Positions 50,716 to 59,094 of a DNA stretch of 64,000 nt are shown piece after piece; the stretch's first letter is position 1; each line of letters starts with the position of its first letter. Both the position numbers and the translations under genes were made by a program. The notes under the pieces were generated by a model. That model was not told where the DNA came from, searched no databases, and saw only the letters and a program-made list of their open reading frames with translations. Source of the stretch: a virus. Location: positions 102,533-166,532 of IMG/VR virus record IMGVR_UViG_3300025168_000033, one strand, 5' to 3'.

Positions 50716-52041
50716 TTATATATCGCGACCATTTTCAAAAACATGTTTTAATACTGGAAATCTTAAGGATTCTTTACCTTGTTTGTTGACAGTATATTCG
50801 AAGAATTGAATAGTACAGGTCTTTCCTACAATTAAAGAATTATCTTTATAGAATGCTTGTCTTTGTTTCATAGATAAACCAGAGCCAACATCAACAAGAT
50901 TTCCTTTATGTTCTATTACTAGATTAGATACCATTTCTTCTTCAACCTCGGTAGATATTTTAGATCCATCTGGTTGTGGAATATATTTGATGTATCTTAC
51001 ATTTCCAGGAACAGTATCAATAATAACATATTCATCATCCATCATTTCCTTGACCTTAAGCAGATCTTTAGATCTTTTACCTTTGTAAGTAGTATCTTTA
51101 CGAACCATGAATCCTTCCCATTTCTTAGTTCTAGATTCATCTAACCAAGAATTAAAAATGTTCATGTCTGTTACTTGTTCTTGTTGTAGAACTTCAACAG
51201 TATTTGAATCTTTTAATATTGAACATTTTTCAGTTAGATTAATTAATCTTTCAGATAATAATGTTGTAGAAGATTCATTATCAAAATCCGTTTGAGTAAT
51301 CATATCAAATATCTTGAATTTTGGATTTTCGATAGTATGATTTTTCCTTCTGATTTCTGACATAACACCGTTAAAGTTATCTGTGCCATCTGGATTAATT
51401 AAACAGATTTCACCGTCGAAAACCGTATTAGGTGAATTTAATAATTTAATTTCATCAAGAACTTTTTGAATTGTATCAAAAGATTTACCTGATCGAGATA
51501 ATGCAATTGGTGTATTGTTAGGACCTGTAAAAATCAAACATCTTACACCATCAAGTTTCCTAGATGCAAACCATGTTTCTTTTTCAAAATCAACATATTC
51601 AGGATAGTAATCAACAGCTAGAGCTACATTAAATGATGGAACGATATCACCGAAGATTTTGTTAATAGTAGTACTTGATACACGAATCTTTAAATTGTTA
51701 TCGATCAATCCGTATATTAATTCTTCGTATTCCTTGTTTTGTTCGATATATCCAAGAACAGCGGCTATTGCAGAATGACCAGTTAAATCACGATTATTAA
51801 GGGCATCTAGTAAATCGAAGATTGAATCGAATTGAAATGTTGGTTGTAATTTGCTAGCCATTTTTCTAGCAGTTTTTTCATGAACACCATATTTTTTGTA
51901 TGGTGACATTGCATATAGAAATGCTTTCTTAATAAATTCATTATCAACATAATCGTTAAGAATTTGTTTCTTATCGTTATTTGAATTTGTTGATTTTAAT
52001 CGTGTGACCATGTCGGCCATAGTTCTAAATTGTTCAGTCAT
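50716..52041 (-). CDS. ATP-dependent DNA ligase
   Basis: KLDGVR, VFDGEI, IFDM, EGFMVR, LLKVKE, SLRFP. Start moved from 52065 to 52041 because the upstream ATG lies in the conserved leader. Confidence 0.9.
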   Translation of the reverse strand: MTEQFRTMADMVTRLKSTNSNNDKKQILNDYVDNEFIKKAFLYAMSPYKKYGVHEKTARKMASKLQPTFQFDSIFDLLDALNNRDLTGHSAIAAVLGYIEQNKEYEELIYGLIDNNLKIRVSSTTINKIFGDIVPSFNVALAVDYYPEYVDFEKETWFASRKLDGVRCLIFTGPNNTPIALSRSGKSFDTIQKVLDEIKLLNSPNTVFDGEICLINPDGTDNFNGVMSEIRRKNHTIENPKFKIFDMITQTDFDNESSTTLLSERLINLTEKCSILKDSNTVEVLQQEQVTDMNIFNSWLDESRTKKWEGFMVRKDTTYKGKRSKDLLKVKEMMDDEYVIIDTVPGNVRYIKYIPQPDGSKISTEVEEEMVSNLVIEHKGNLVDVGSGLSMKQRQAFYKDNSLIVGKTCTIQFFEYTVNKQGKESLRFPVLKHVFENGRDI

Positions 52042-52066
52042 AATGTGCGTGTTTAAAGTTGTCATT

Positions 52067-52133
52067 TATTAATTATTTATAGTTAAATATAAACAAAATA
52101 ATCGACAGTAAAAAATCCTAGAGCACTTATTTT
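52067..52133 (-). promoter_or_regulatory. Class I (putative early) promoter repeat, copy 1
   Basis: GGATTTTTTACTGTCGA-N~8-TTATATTTAACTATAAATAATTAATAA; seven intergenic copies. Confidence 0.8.
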
Positions 52134-52137
52134 ACAA

Positions 52138-52347
52138 TTAAGAATTTAACATTGAATCATTACCAAAATCAGAATTACCTAAATTTTGCTCTGTCATCAA
52201 TGAATAATCATTACAATTAAAAATACCGTTAACCATCGTAAATGGTGCTTGCTTTATCATTGATGCATTATATGCATTATATGATTGACAGCTACCAGCT
52301 TGTGGACATACACTGCTATCGGATTTTTGACCTGTACATTTAACCAT
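52138..52347 (-). CDS. Small cysteine-containing protein
   Basis: 69 aa with four Cys. Confidence 0.5.
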   Translation of the reverse strand: MVKCTGQKSDSSVCPQAGSCQSYNAYNASMIKQAPFTMVNGIFNCNDYSLMTEQNLGNSDFGNDSMLNS

Positions 52348-52349
52348 AA

Positions 52350-52838
52350 TTATTCCTTAAATTTGTTTATTGATTCTCTTAATAGCTGAGATTCTTTATT
52401 ATATATTTCCTCGTCATTACCGTTGTATGTTAGATGTACAGGTCGCGGAACATTAGCACCGACATATTCTAAAATATGTTTCATATGACTCGTACCTAAT
52501 AGATTGCCAGAAAAACTACCTGAATATCCGACGAGGAAAACATTCTTGTCTTTAAGATAATTTGGCCATCCTAAATTGTCGACTAATGCTTTAAATGGCG
52601 CTGGAAAGGAACCATTAAATTCCGGCATTACGAATACAAATTTAACAGCTTTATATACCGGATGCTTAATGTTAGATATTATCTCTTCTGGATTAATTGA
52701 TTCCTGTTTTACATCAAGTATTGTAGCAAGATCTGTTTTATTTACTATGGCCGCTATATTTGTAGCAAGCTTAGAGCCAAATCCCTTATCCGTACTTAAT
52801 TTAAGAATAATATATTTAGTCACTGGTTTACCAGACAT
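52350..52838 (-). CDS. NAD(P)H-dependent FMN reductase-like flavoprotein
   Basis: FVFVMPEFNGSFPAPFKALVD...LKDKNVFLVGYSG. Confidence 0.8.
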   Translation of the reverse strand: MSGKPVTKYIILKLSTDKGFGSKLATNIAAIVNKTDLATILDVKQESINPEEIISNIKHPVYKAVKFVFVMPEFNGSFPAPFKALVDNLGWPNYLKDKNVFLVGYSGSFSGNLLGTSHMKHILEYVGANVPRPVHLTYNGNDEEIYNKESQLLRESINKFKE

Positions 52839-53307
52839 AATTTATATGTTTAGGGAGTTTAGCTCTTTCTTCTTTAGTCATTTCTTCCAGTTCCATTTCA
52901 GTAGGTTTTATTCCAAATCTCTGAATTTCTGGATATTTTTCAGTCCAATTCCACTCCGATTCATATTTAGCATTTGTCGCTTCTGCTATTCTATCTATCT
53001 CTTTTAATGTAGCATCGAACGTTTGTGTTCTAGTTAATTTATAGCTAGCGCAATATCTAGATCCAGAAATAAAGTATCTATTTTTATGACGCATTTCAGG
53101 ATTATGTTCACCTACACGAATAATAATTCTTGACATAAATTCAGATTCAGGTCTAGGATAAGCCCATCTAAAAAATGAAATAGTTTCACTTTCATGTGAT
53201 AATTCTGTTTCTAGAAAATTCCATCCATCGACAGTACATTTAAAATCCGATACGGCATTGTCTTCCAACGTTATTGTTAAATTTGGTTTCATAATTGTGT
53301 TTATCAT
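52828..53307 (-). CDS. Hypothetical protein
   Basis: 159 aa ORF. Confidence 0.55.
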   Translation of the reverse strand: MINTIMKPNLTITLEDNAVSDFKCTVDGWNFLETELSHESETISFFRWAYPRPESEFMSRIIIRVGEHNPEMRHKNRYFISGSRYCASYKLTRTQTFDATLKEIDRIAEATNAKYESEWNWTEKYPEIQRFGIKPTEMELEEMTKEERAKLPKHINYVW

Positions 53308-53309
53308 TT

Positions 53310-54098
53310 TTATTGGTGTAAAATTGTTTGAGCTAATTTATCATGAATTTGTTTTGCATATTGTTTTGTTTCTACAGGGAAATCAGCCTTTTCAGCAATC
53401 CATAAGAAATATTTAGAATCTTCAGCATATACTTCATGTACTGTCTTATCTTTATGCTTACCAAAAGTAAATACTAATTGACCATCTTTCTTAGCGAACT
53501 TACCTGCAAGATCCAGTTTTTCTGTTTCTTCATGATATTTTATATCACTAATAGTGTCACTTGTTTCAGGTAATTGTTCACTAAATATTTCATTGAATTT
53601 CTTGAATATTTCAATAGTAGCTTCATTATCGGCCTGTGCCGAGTGAGCATCTTCAAGATTATTTCCAGTAAATCGTTTGTATGTTCCTGAAAGAGTTCTT
53701 GGCTCTAGCACCTGTAAAATCTTAAAGATATCAATGACTTTATGATTCTTATAATTCCAAGTCTTACCTGCACGATAGAATTCCTCAAGCAAAAGTGGAA
53801 TATCAAATTTGATTACGTTATATCCAGCCAAGTCGCATCCTTCAATAAATTCAAGAACACCTTCAGCAACAATACCGCCAAACTTATCCTGATCTTCTAC
53901 GTCACTATTAGATATTCCGTGACATTGAAATGCGCCATCAGGAATAGGAATTCCAGGATTTACGAGAGTATGAAAGCTCGCTATTTCATTAAAATTTTCA
54001 TCGATTTTTGTTATTGCAATTTCAACAATACGATCTTTAGATGTGGATACGCCAGTAGTTTCTAAATCAAAAAATGCAACAGGTCTAGATAGCTTCAT
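53310..54098 (-). CDS. DEDDh 3'-5' exonuclease (Pol III epsilon-like)
   Basis: FFDLETTG, GYNVIKFDIPLL, AHSAQAD; C-terminal FTFGKHK...YFLWI. Confidence 0.9.
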   Translation of the reverse strand: MKLSRPVAFFDLETTGVSTSKDRIVEIAITKIDENFNEIASFHTLVNPGIPIPDGAFQCHGISNSDVEDQDKFGGIVAEGVLEFIEGCDLAGYNVIKFDIPLLLEEFYRAGKTWNYKNHKVIDIFKILQVLEPRTLSGTYKRFTGNNLEDAHSAQADNEATIEIFKKFNEIFSEQLPETSDTISDIKYHEETEKLDLAGKFAKKDGQLVFTFGKHKDKTVHEVYAEDSKYFLWIAEKADFPVETKQYAKQIHDKLAQTILHQ

Positions 54099-54666
54099 TA
54101 AATAGGGTTTTAGTTAATTTATGTGATAATTTAAATTGTTCTCTTAATTCTACGCGTTTTATAACATCGGATACTATATTGAATTCCGAATCTTTTATCA
54201 TGATATCCCAGTCAACATAGGATTTGAAATCTTCAGTATCTGCAGCAATACGCCTTGAAATATTATCGACATCACCTCGATCGGCTAATCGATTTTCACG
54301 GATCGTTTGATCGATATTAAAAAATATGACAATAGATTTATCTCTATCAGTTTTTACAAGATCGGCTAAACCTGCAGGAGTCATAATAAACAATTGACTA
54401 TTGTTCATTTCCTTTTTAGTTGTTCCGTAAGACCAGCCGTTAAATTCCTGATTCTCATAAAATTCAGAACGAGATACCATATTATTAAATTCCGTGTCGT
54501 CTATATAATGATAATCAACACCATCCTGTTCACCTTCACGTATAGGTCTTGTAGTATAGGAAATACTTTGAGTAAGGCCTAGATTTATTAAATCTTTACG
54601 AGCATGATCCTTGCCTGATGCAGCTGGACCTACAAGAATTATTCTATCAATTATCGATCGCCGCAT
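54085..54666 (-). CDS. gmk: Guanylate kinase-like protein
   Basis: GPAASGKD, SYTTRPIREGEQDGVDYHY, WSYGT. Confidence 0.9.
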   Translation of the reverse strand: MRRSIIDRIILVGPAASGKDHARKDLINLGLTQSISYTTRPIREGEQDGVDYHYIDDTEFNNMVSRSEFYENQEFNGWSYGTTKKEMNNSQLFIMTPAGLADLVKTDRDKSIVIFFNIDQTIRENRLADRGDVDNISRRIAADTEDFKSYVDWDIMIKDSEFNIVSDVIKRVELREQFKLSHKLTKTLFNEAI

Positions 54667-54823
54667 ATATGTCAGTATTTAAGATTTTTTGAATTTTGAC
54701 TCCTAGTTCTGTTGAGTTAGGTGTTTCTATTGTTGCAGATACAAGATCTAACAATAAAGAATCCTTGTCTGGATGTACATTTAAAAAATGTTCCAATACT
54801 TTTCTACGATTATTGTCTGTCAT
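54647..54823 (-). CDS. Hypothetical protein (58 aa)
   Basis: Hand-translated MTDNNRRKVLEHFLNVHPDKDSLLLDLVSATIETPNSTELGVKIQKILNTDIYAAIDN; directly behind a class II promoter. Confidence 0.6.
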   Translation of the reverse strand: MTDNNRRKVLEHFLNVHPDKDSLLLDLVSATIETPNSTELGVKIQKILNTDIYAAIDN

Positions 54824-54840
54824 AATAGGTTTGTTTTTAT

Positions 54841-54870
54841 TTTATATTCACGTTAATATTAATTGTTTCA
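54841..54870 (-). promoter_or_regulatory. Class II promoter
   Basis: TGAAAC AATTAATATTAACGT GAATATAAA. Confidence 0.75.
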
Positions 54871-54872
54871 TC

Positions 54873-55079
54873 TTAAAAATCACTGTATAATTTATCAAAA
54901 AATGTTTTTGCATCTTCAGCACTATCATATTCAGCAGTTACCGATGATTTGTCGGATACTATTGTAAATTGAATTCTATTGCTTATTTGTTCTATTCTTG
55001 TAATTTTATCAAGATTCAAAAGAACAATATTAAACTGATCCTTGCCTTTCTTTACTTTTATTTTAATTAAATTTGCCAT
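54873..55079 (-). CDS. Hypothetical protein
   Basis: 68 aa ORF. Confidence 0.55.
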   Translation of the reverse strand: MANLIKIKVKKGKDQFNIVLLNLDKITRIEQISNRIQFTIVSDKSSVTAEYDSAEDAKTFFDKLYSDF

Positions 55080-55081
55080 AG

Positions 55082-55441
55082 TTATTCTTTGTTAAACCAT
55101 CCTAATCGATTCATTTCATCAATTAGCTGTAAGATTGCTGATGCTAATTCAGGATTCTCATTATCTAAAATAGTCATCCATTTTGCATTACGACTTGATA
55201 GACCAATAAGATATGATTCATTATCAGCAATCCAAGAACCATCAGGATTTTTTTTATCTACCTGATTTATCCACGGCATAGAGAATTTACCGTTATCTTC
55301 TAGGACATTTCCTTCAATCATGAAATTGTCACATTCGTATGTTATGGTTCGAGTATATATGAAGTCTTCTTTAATAGAGGCTTCTTCTTTAACTTCCTTG
55401 ACATACCAGTCGTTTCCTACTTTTATTCTTTCTTTTGCCAT
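55082..55441 (-). CDS. Hypothetical protein
   Basis: 119 aa ORF. Confidence 0.6.
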   Translation of the reverse strand: MAKERIKVGNDWYVKEVKEEASIKEDFIYTRTITYECDNFMIEGNVLEDNGKFSMPWINQVDKKNPDGSWIADNESYLIGLSSRNAKWMTILDNENPELASAILQLIDEMNRLGWFNKE

Positions 55442-55442
55442 G

Positions 55443-56084
55443 TTACAGATTTATGATTAGTTTGTTTGGATTAGGATTAATGTATAGTTCAGGATCGTGA
55501 GACACATATTGAATTCTTGCAATATCTTTACAATGCTTATCTCTAGCAAATCCTGATTCGGTTTCAAATAATTCTGCAACCTTTATTTCAACATCCTTGT
55601 AGGTTTCTGTTGTTGCATTAGTTTGTATAAAGACCTTAAGACCTTGTCCGCTAGGAGTAATAAATGCAGCAGTCACATAAGGTAATTGTGTGCATCTATA
55701 CTTTAAGGTTTCTGGCTGTCTTACATTATCAAGATCCAAACAAATCAAGCCATTGTAGGATTCTAGACCTTTCTTGGATCGATGATTGAATATTCCTGTA
55801 GGAGTAAAAACCGGTAGTCGATCTTTAATAGGCGATTTTGAAGGATTTTCATGAATACGAACCTCGTTGATTTTAGTTTCATATTTGTCAGATTTAATTT
55901 CATCTAGAACATCCGTAAGGCGGCATGTTTCAACCGGTTTTGTAGATCTAAGTGATTTAAATCGAGTAACTTCAAGTTCATGAGGTTTAGCACCTTCGAT
56001 TTGATTGGTTCTAAGAGATTTAAAAAATTGATTTGATGCAGTAGCACCATGTTGTAATTCTAATTCGTTTTGTGAAGTTTCCAT
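55443..56084 (-). CDS. BT4734/VirE N-terminal-like domain protein
   Basis: KDRLPVFTPTGIF, YNGLICLDLD, FITPSGQGLK, DKHCKDIARIQYVSHDPELYIN. Confidence 0.8.
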   Translation of the reverse strand: METSQNELELQHGATASNQFFKSLRTNQIEGAKPHELEVTRFKSLRSTKPVETCRLTDVLDEIKSDKYETKINEVRIHENPSKSPIKDRLPVFTPTGIFNHRSKKGLESYNGLICLDLDNVRQPETLKYRCTQLPYVTAAFITPSGQGLKVFIQTNATTETYKDVEIKVAELFETESGFARDKHCKDIARIQYVSHDPELYINPNPNKLIINL

Positions 56085-56108
56085 GTGTGTGTATTTAAAG
56101 GGGTTATC

Positions 56109-56165
56109 AGTTATTAATTATTTATAGTTAAATATAAACAAAAAAAACGACAGTAAAAAATTCTG
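56109..56165 (-). promoter_or_regulatory. Class I promoter repeat, copy 2
   Basis: Same motif, upstream of ATG 56084. Confidence 0.8.
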
Positions 56166-56182
56166 CCGCTTTAATTTAAAAA

Positions 56183-56383
56183 TTATTTTATGCTATACAC
56201 CAAAGTATATATGGTATGTGTATGTTCTCTTTTATCTTTTTCGTTATAAATAAATCTCAATGCAAATCTACAACTAAATCCTAAATGAAAACTATTTCTA
56301 CGATAATTCTCTAGATTATGATGACATATCCAATGTTGTTCTTTACTGATCTTCGAATTGTCTTTCATGATTCTTGACTTCAT
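56183..56383 (-). CDS. Small hypothetical protein (VY-terminal family)
   Basis: 66 aa ending TLVYSIK; its 21-bp upstream motif is shared with the ORF at 62924. Confidence 0.5.
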   Translation of the reverse strand: MKSRIMKDNSKISKEQHWICHHNLENYRRNSFHLGFSCRFALRFIYNEKDKREHTHTIYTLVYSIK

Positions 56384-56417
56384 ATATTATACTAACCTTT
56401 TCAGGATCTGTATAATT

Positions 56418-56447
56418 ATTATATTCACATTCGAGCTTCATGTTTCA
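56418..56447 (-). promoter_or_regulatory. Class II promoter
   Basis: TGAAAC ATGAAGCTCGAATGT GAATATAAT. Confidence 0.75.
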
Positions 56448-56511
56448 TCTTACGGTATATGATAGTAAAATAATTTTATATTTATACCAGATGCTCGCAC
56501 TCGGAATGTTG

Positions 56512-56564
56512 ATGTATTCTATTTCGTATCCTTCACTCATATTATTATATATGCTAAAATATCA
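56512..56564. repeat. 53-bp direct repeat, copy A
   Basis: 49/53 identical to 57319..57371 by manual alignment. Confidence 0.9.
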
Positions 56565-56593
56565 AGCTTATCTAATTCTGTTGCTATCAAATA

Positions 56594-56632
56594 TTAAAAC
56601 CGCCGTAACGAAAAATCGATAGGCGGTTTTAA
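56594..56632. terminator. Terminator hairpin
   Basis: TTAAAACCGCC...GGCGGTTTTAA downstream of the 56674..57291 gene. Confidence 0.75.
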
Positions 56633-56673
56633 ATTGATATTCTTAAAATTTAATTAAATAGATTTGTATTCAT

Positions 56674-57291
56674 TTAATTATTATAATTATATTGTCCGTG
56701 TGAATCCGGATAATAATGACCATCCCATGTAACGACAGGTATTTCAGTCATACCATGAGCTACATACCAGTGAAATCTATAAAATCCGTCTAGAAAAAAA
56801 TGCCCATAAGGTTTTTCGTTATGTATAGTGCATGCAATTATCGAATCTTTTTTAGCAGCACCATGTAAATTATTGTTAAATTTATTATCAGCATGCCAGT
56901 CTTCAAATGTTGTGATTGGTATTACTTGAGTTTTAGAATTTTCTATAACATCTGGCATAAACATTTCCTTCATTAATTCTAATGGAATCATACCGTATTT
57001 TACGATTTGGTGATTTGGCGATGTTGCATATTCTTGTATCATGGCATCGACTTTAGGATCATTACACCAGTCATCTATTTCAATTTTCAATTTTTCTTCA
57101 ATAACATTTTGACCCTCAGCGTTTACTTTTGTAGGTCTTGCAGTTGAAGCCAGTGACAAATCTATGTCATAATAAGGTTGTTCAAGTTGCCACATTAAAA
57201 AGCCTAATTGAAATTTCTTAGGTATATTAGCAAATGTGTCTTTTTTAAGATAACCTTCTATCTTGATTTCAAGTAATGTTGGTATTCTCAT
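56674..57291 (-). CDS. Protein with ParB/Srx-like C-terminal motif
   Basis: FFLDGFYRFHWYVAHGMTEIPVV resembles the DGxHR...G...IPV motif. Confidence 0.5.
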   Translation of the reverse strand: MRIPTLLEIKIEGYLKKDTFANIPKKFQLGFLMWQLEQPYYDIDLSLASTARPTKVNAEGQNVIEEKLKIEIDDWCNDPKVDAMIQEYATSPNHQIVKYGMIPLELMKEMFMPDVIENSKTQVIPITTFEDWHADNKFNNNLHGAAKKDSIIACTIHNEKPYGHFFLDGFYRFHWYVAHGMTEIPVVTWDGHYYPDSHGQYNYNN

Positions 57292-57318
57292 TTTTTGTTT
57301 ATTTTATTTATTTATCTA

Positions 57319-57371
57319 ATGTATTCTATTTCGTATCCTTCGCTCATATTATTAAATATGCAAATATATCA
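57319..57371. repeat. 53-bp direct repeat, copy B
   Basis: See copy A. Confidence 0.9.
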
Positions 57372-57499
57372 GACGGATCTCCATTGTTCCAGTTCCACCA
57401 GGTCGTAAAGCCGCCTGCAGTTTTTCTTGTTAGGTCCGTACCTTCTTGAAATTCTCTAGTTCTAATTAAATAATATCTATTAAATAGTTTCGTATCCAT
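57344..57499 (-). CDS. Small hypothetical protein (51 aa)
   Basis: Hand-translated MDTKLFNRYYLIRTREFQEGTDLTRKTAGGFTTWWNWNNGDPSDIFAYLII. Confidence 0.45.
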   Translation of the reverse strand: MDTKLFNRYYLIRTREFQEGTDLTRKTAGGFTTWWNWNNGDPSDIFAYLII

Positions 57500-57529
57500 A
57501 CTATATATTGAGAGGGCCAGGGCGGTATT

Positions 57530-57748
57530 TTACCATTGCTTACGACGATCGAGGCGATCGAGTTCTTTTGCAGTTTCTTCGGATACTATTTGAATAGTAT
57601 TGCCAGTCTTACCGCTAATAACATGAGAACAGGCTACTCTTTTGGTTTGCGAGCAGCTTACGCAGCTATTATAGCCGTAGCTTAATCTTACGGGATGAAT
57701 TGAATTGCCGCATTTACAGTAGCGAGCTTCGGTTTTTTCGATTTGCAT
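57530..57748 (-). CDS. Small zinc-finger protein
   Basis: CKCG..IHPVRL..GY..CVSC, loosely DksA/TraR-finger-like. Confidence 0.6.
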   Translation of the reverse strand: MQIEKTEARYCKCGNSIHPVRLSYGYNSCVSCSQTKRVACSHVISGKTGNTIQIVSEETAKELDRLDRRKQW

Positions 57749-57751
57749 GGC

Positions 57752-58132
57752 TTATGATTTTTTAAATGGATTGTTAAATGTCGAAGTTCTAAAAAAGATG
57801 TGATCGTTATATTTCGTATATTCATTATTCGCAGCATCGGGTTCTTTCAGGGGTTCTTTCAGGGGCTCTTTTAAATCGAGGCGTTTATCGACCCAGTCGG
57901 AAAGCTCTTCCGAGTTTAAAGGTTCTAGAGGTGGCTGGCTATTAAGTCCTTGATTCTCTGAAAAGAATGCCGCAATTTCGCGAGTAAAGTCGACTACCTC
58001 TTCGCTAGCCAGCCTAAGTGTAAATATTTGCGGAGAATTCTCATTTACAAATGTAATGACCATTTTGCCGTCTACAGCCGTAAAGGTTATAGTAACTTCG
58101 TCGTCAGTAATTAATCGTTTTTCTATTTTCAT
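57752..58132 (-). CDS. Hypothetical protein with LKEP x3 repeat
   Basis: 126 aa ORF. Confidence 0.55.
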   Translation of the reverse strand: MKIEKRLITDDEVTITFTAVDGKMVITFVNENSPQIFTLRLASEEVVDFTREIAAFFSENQGLNSQPPLEPLNSEELSDWVDKRLDLKEPLKEPLKEPDAANNEYTKYNDHIFFRTSTFNNPFKKS

Positions 58133-58396
58133 TGTTTAAAAGTTGTTAGGTTAAAAAGGGTCAGGAAAGAGTAAAAATTTTTTCCTGAAATTTTTTTATT
58201 TTGGCAATTATAGCTTTTACCCTGGCTATTTGAAAATGCATTTTACTCGAAAGGCCTCGAAAATCGTAATTTTTTCAGGGAACCTATAGGCCGCTAGCCA
58301 TATTTGACTTTTCGCACGCGTTAACGAGGCGGTCCGTATCAGGGGTGGCTTTTATGTCTATGCGCATGTCTTAGCATGTGTGATCGTGTGTACATA

Positions 58397-58465
58397 TAAA
58401 GAGAACCAGCTAGCCACACACAGCATCATTGCCAGTTCTCATACACACATTACTTAATTTCTTAT
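58397..58465 (-). ncRNA. Candidate small RNA 1 (AUGUGUGU + hairpin with GUGUGU loop + U-tract)
   Basis: Directly behind class II promoter 58470..58499; stem GAGAACTGGC/GCTGGTTCTC; covaries with the copy at 60044..60100. Confidence 0.7.
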
Positions 58466-58469
58466 AGTT

Positions 58470-58499
58470 ATTATATTCGAAATGTGAGCGAATGTTTCA
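58470..58499 (-). promoter_or_regulatory. Class II promoter (drives small RNA 1)
   Basis: TGAAAC ATTCGCTCACATTTC GAATATAAT. Confidence 0.75.
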
Positions 58500-58880
58500 C
58501 TTTTCAAATTCGATATTACCGACAAAGTCCGAGTACATACAACACCAACGTCCCATGAATTCGCCTTTCGGCTTTATGAGCTTGTCGGTTTTCATATCGT
58601 ACCACTTAACTTTTCCTGATTCCATTAGATTACGAGTTAAGCGATGTTCTGCCTTTTCACGTTTTTCGCTATCGAAATATTCATTGAGGCAGTCCTCTAT
58701 AATTTCTTGTTGTATGTCTTCTCTAATAGATGATTCGAGCCATGCCATGTCTTTACGACTTAGTTCTGATATAGCTAAAGGAACCGAACCTTGATGAGTG
58801 TAACCTTTCCATTTGAATATGAAATAAATTGCATCTTCTGGCTTAATTCGATTCGAGTAATTTAGTGATTTATGTGTCAT
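58497..58880 (-). CDS. Hypothetical early protein
   Basis: 127 aa ORF behind a class I promoter. Confidence 0.6.
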   Translation of the reverse strand: MTHKSLNYSNRIKPEDAIYFIFKWKGYTHQGSVPLAISELSRKDMAWLESSIREDIQQEIIEDCLNEYFDSEKREKAEHRLTRNLMESGKVKWYDMKTDKLIKPKGEFMGRWCCMYSDFVGNIEFEK

Positions 58881-58885
58881 AGTCT

Positions 58886-58954
58886 GTTATTAATTATTTA
58901 TAGTTAAATATAAACAAAAAAATCGACAGTAAAAAATCCTGTAGCACTTATTTT
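58886..58954 (-). promoter_or_regulatory. Class I promoter repeat, copy 3
   Basis: Same motif, upstream of ATG 58880. Confidence 0.8.
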
Positions 58955-59082
58955 AAAGGACTTCCAAAGACTATTAAAAAAAGAAATAGATCCAGGAATG
59001 CTGTTACAATTCCTACTACTACTCTATCTTCGAGATCGTATGATTTCGATACTAGAATTCTATTTACTATAAATGTTATCAT
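58948..59082 (-). CDS. Small membrane protein (44 aa)
   Basis: Hand-translated MITFIVNRILVSKSYDLEDRVVVGIVTAFLDLFLFLIVFGSPLK; leader AAACTCACACC-ATG. Confidence 0.5.
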   Translation of the reverse strand: MITFIVNRILVSKSYDLEDRVVVGIVTAFLDLFLFLIVFGSPLK

Positions 59083-59094
59083 GGTGTGAGTTTA

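Noticed and set aside
52042-52065. Ligase start at 52065
   Set aside because: ATGACAAC aligns with the untranslated leader CTGACAAC of another class I copy, so the ATG at 52041 fits the leader pattern better.
56512-57371. Diversity-generating retroelement TR/VR pair
   Set aside because: No reverse transcriptase in the window, the repeat is short, and the mismatches are not adenine-specific.
58975-59070. Cloverleaf-like RNA (AAATAGA/TCTATTT with inner hairpins)
   Set aside because: It lacks tRNA D/T consensus and coincides with a plausible 44-aa membrane ORF; it may still act as a terminator.
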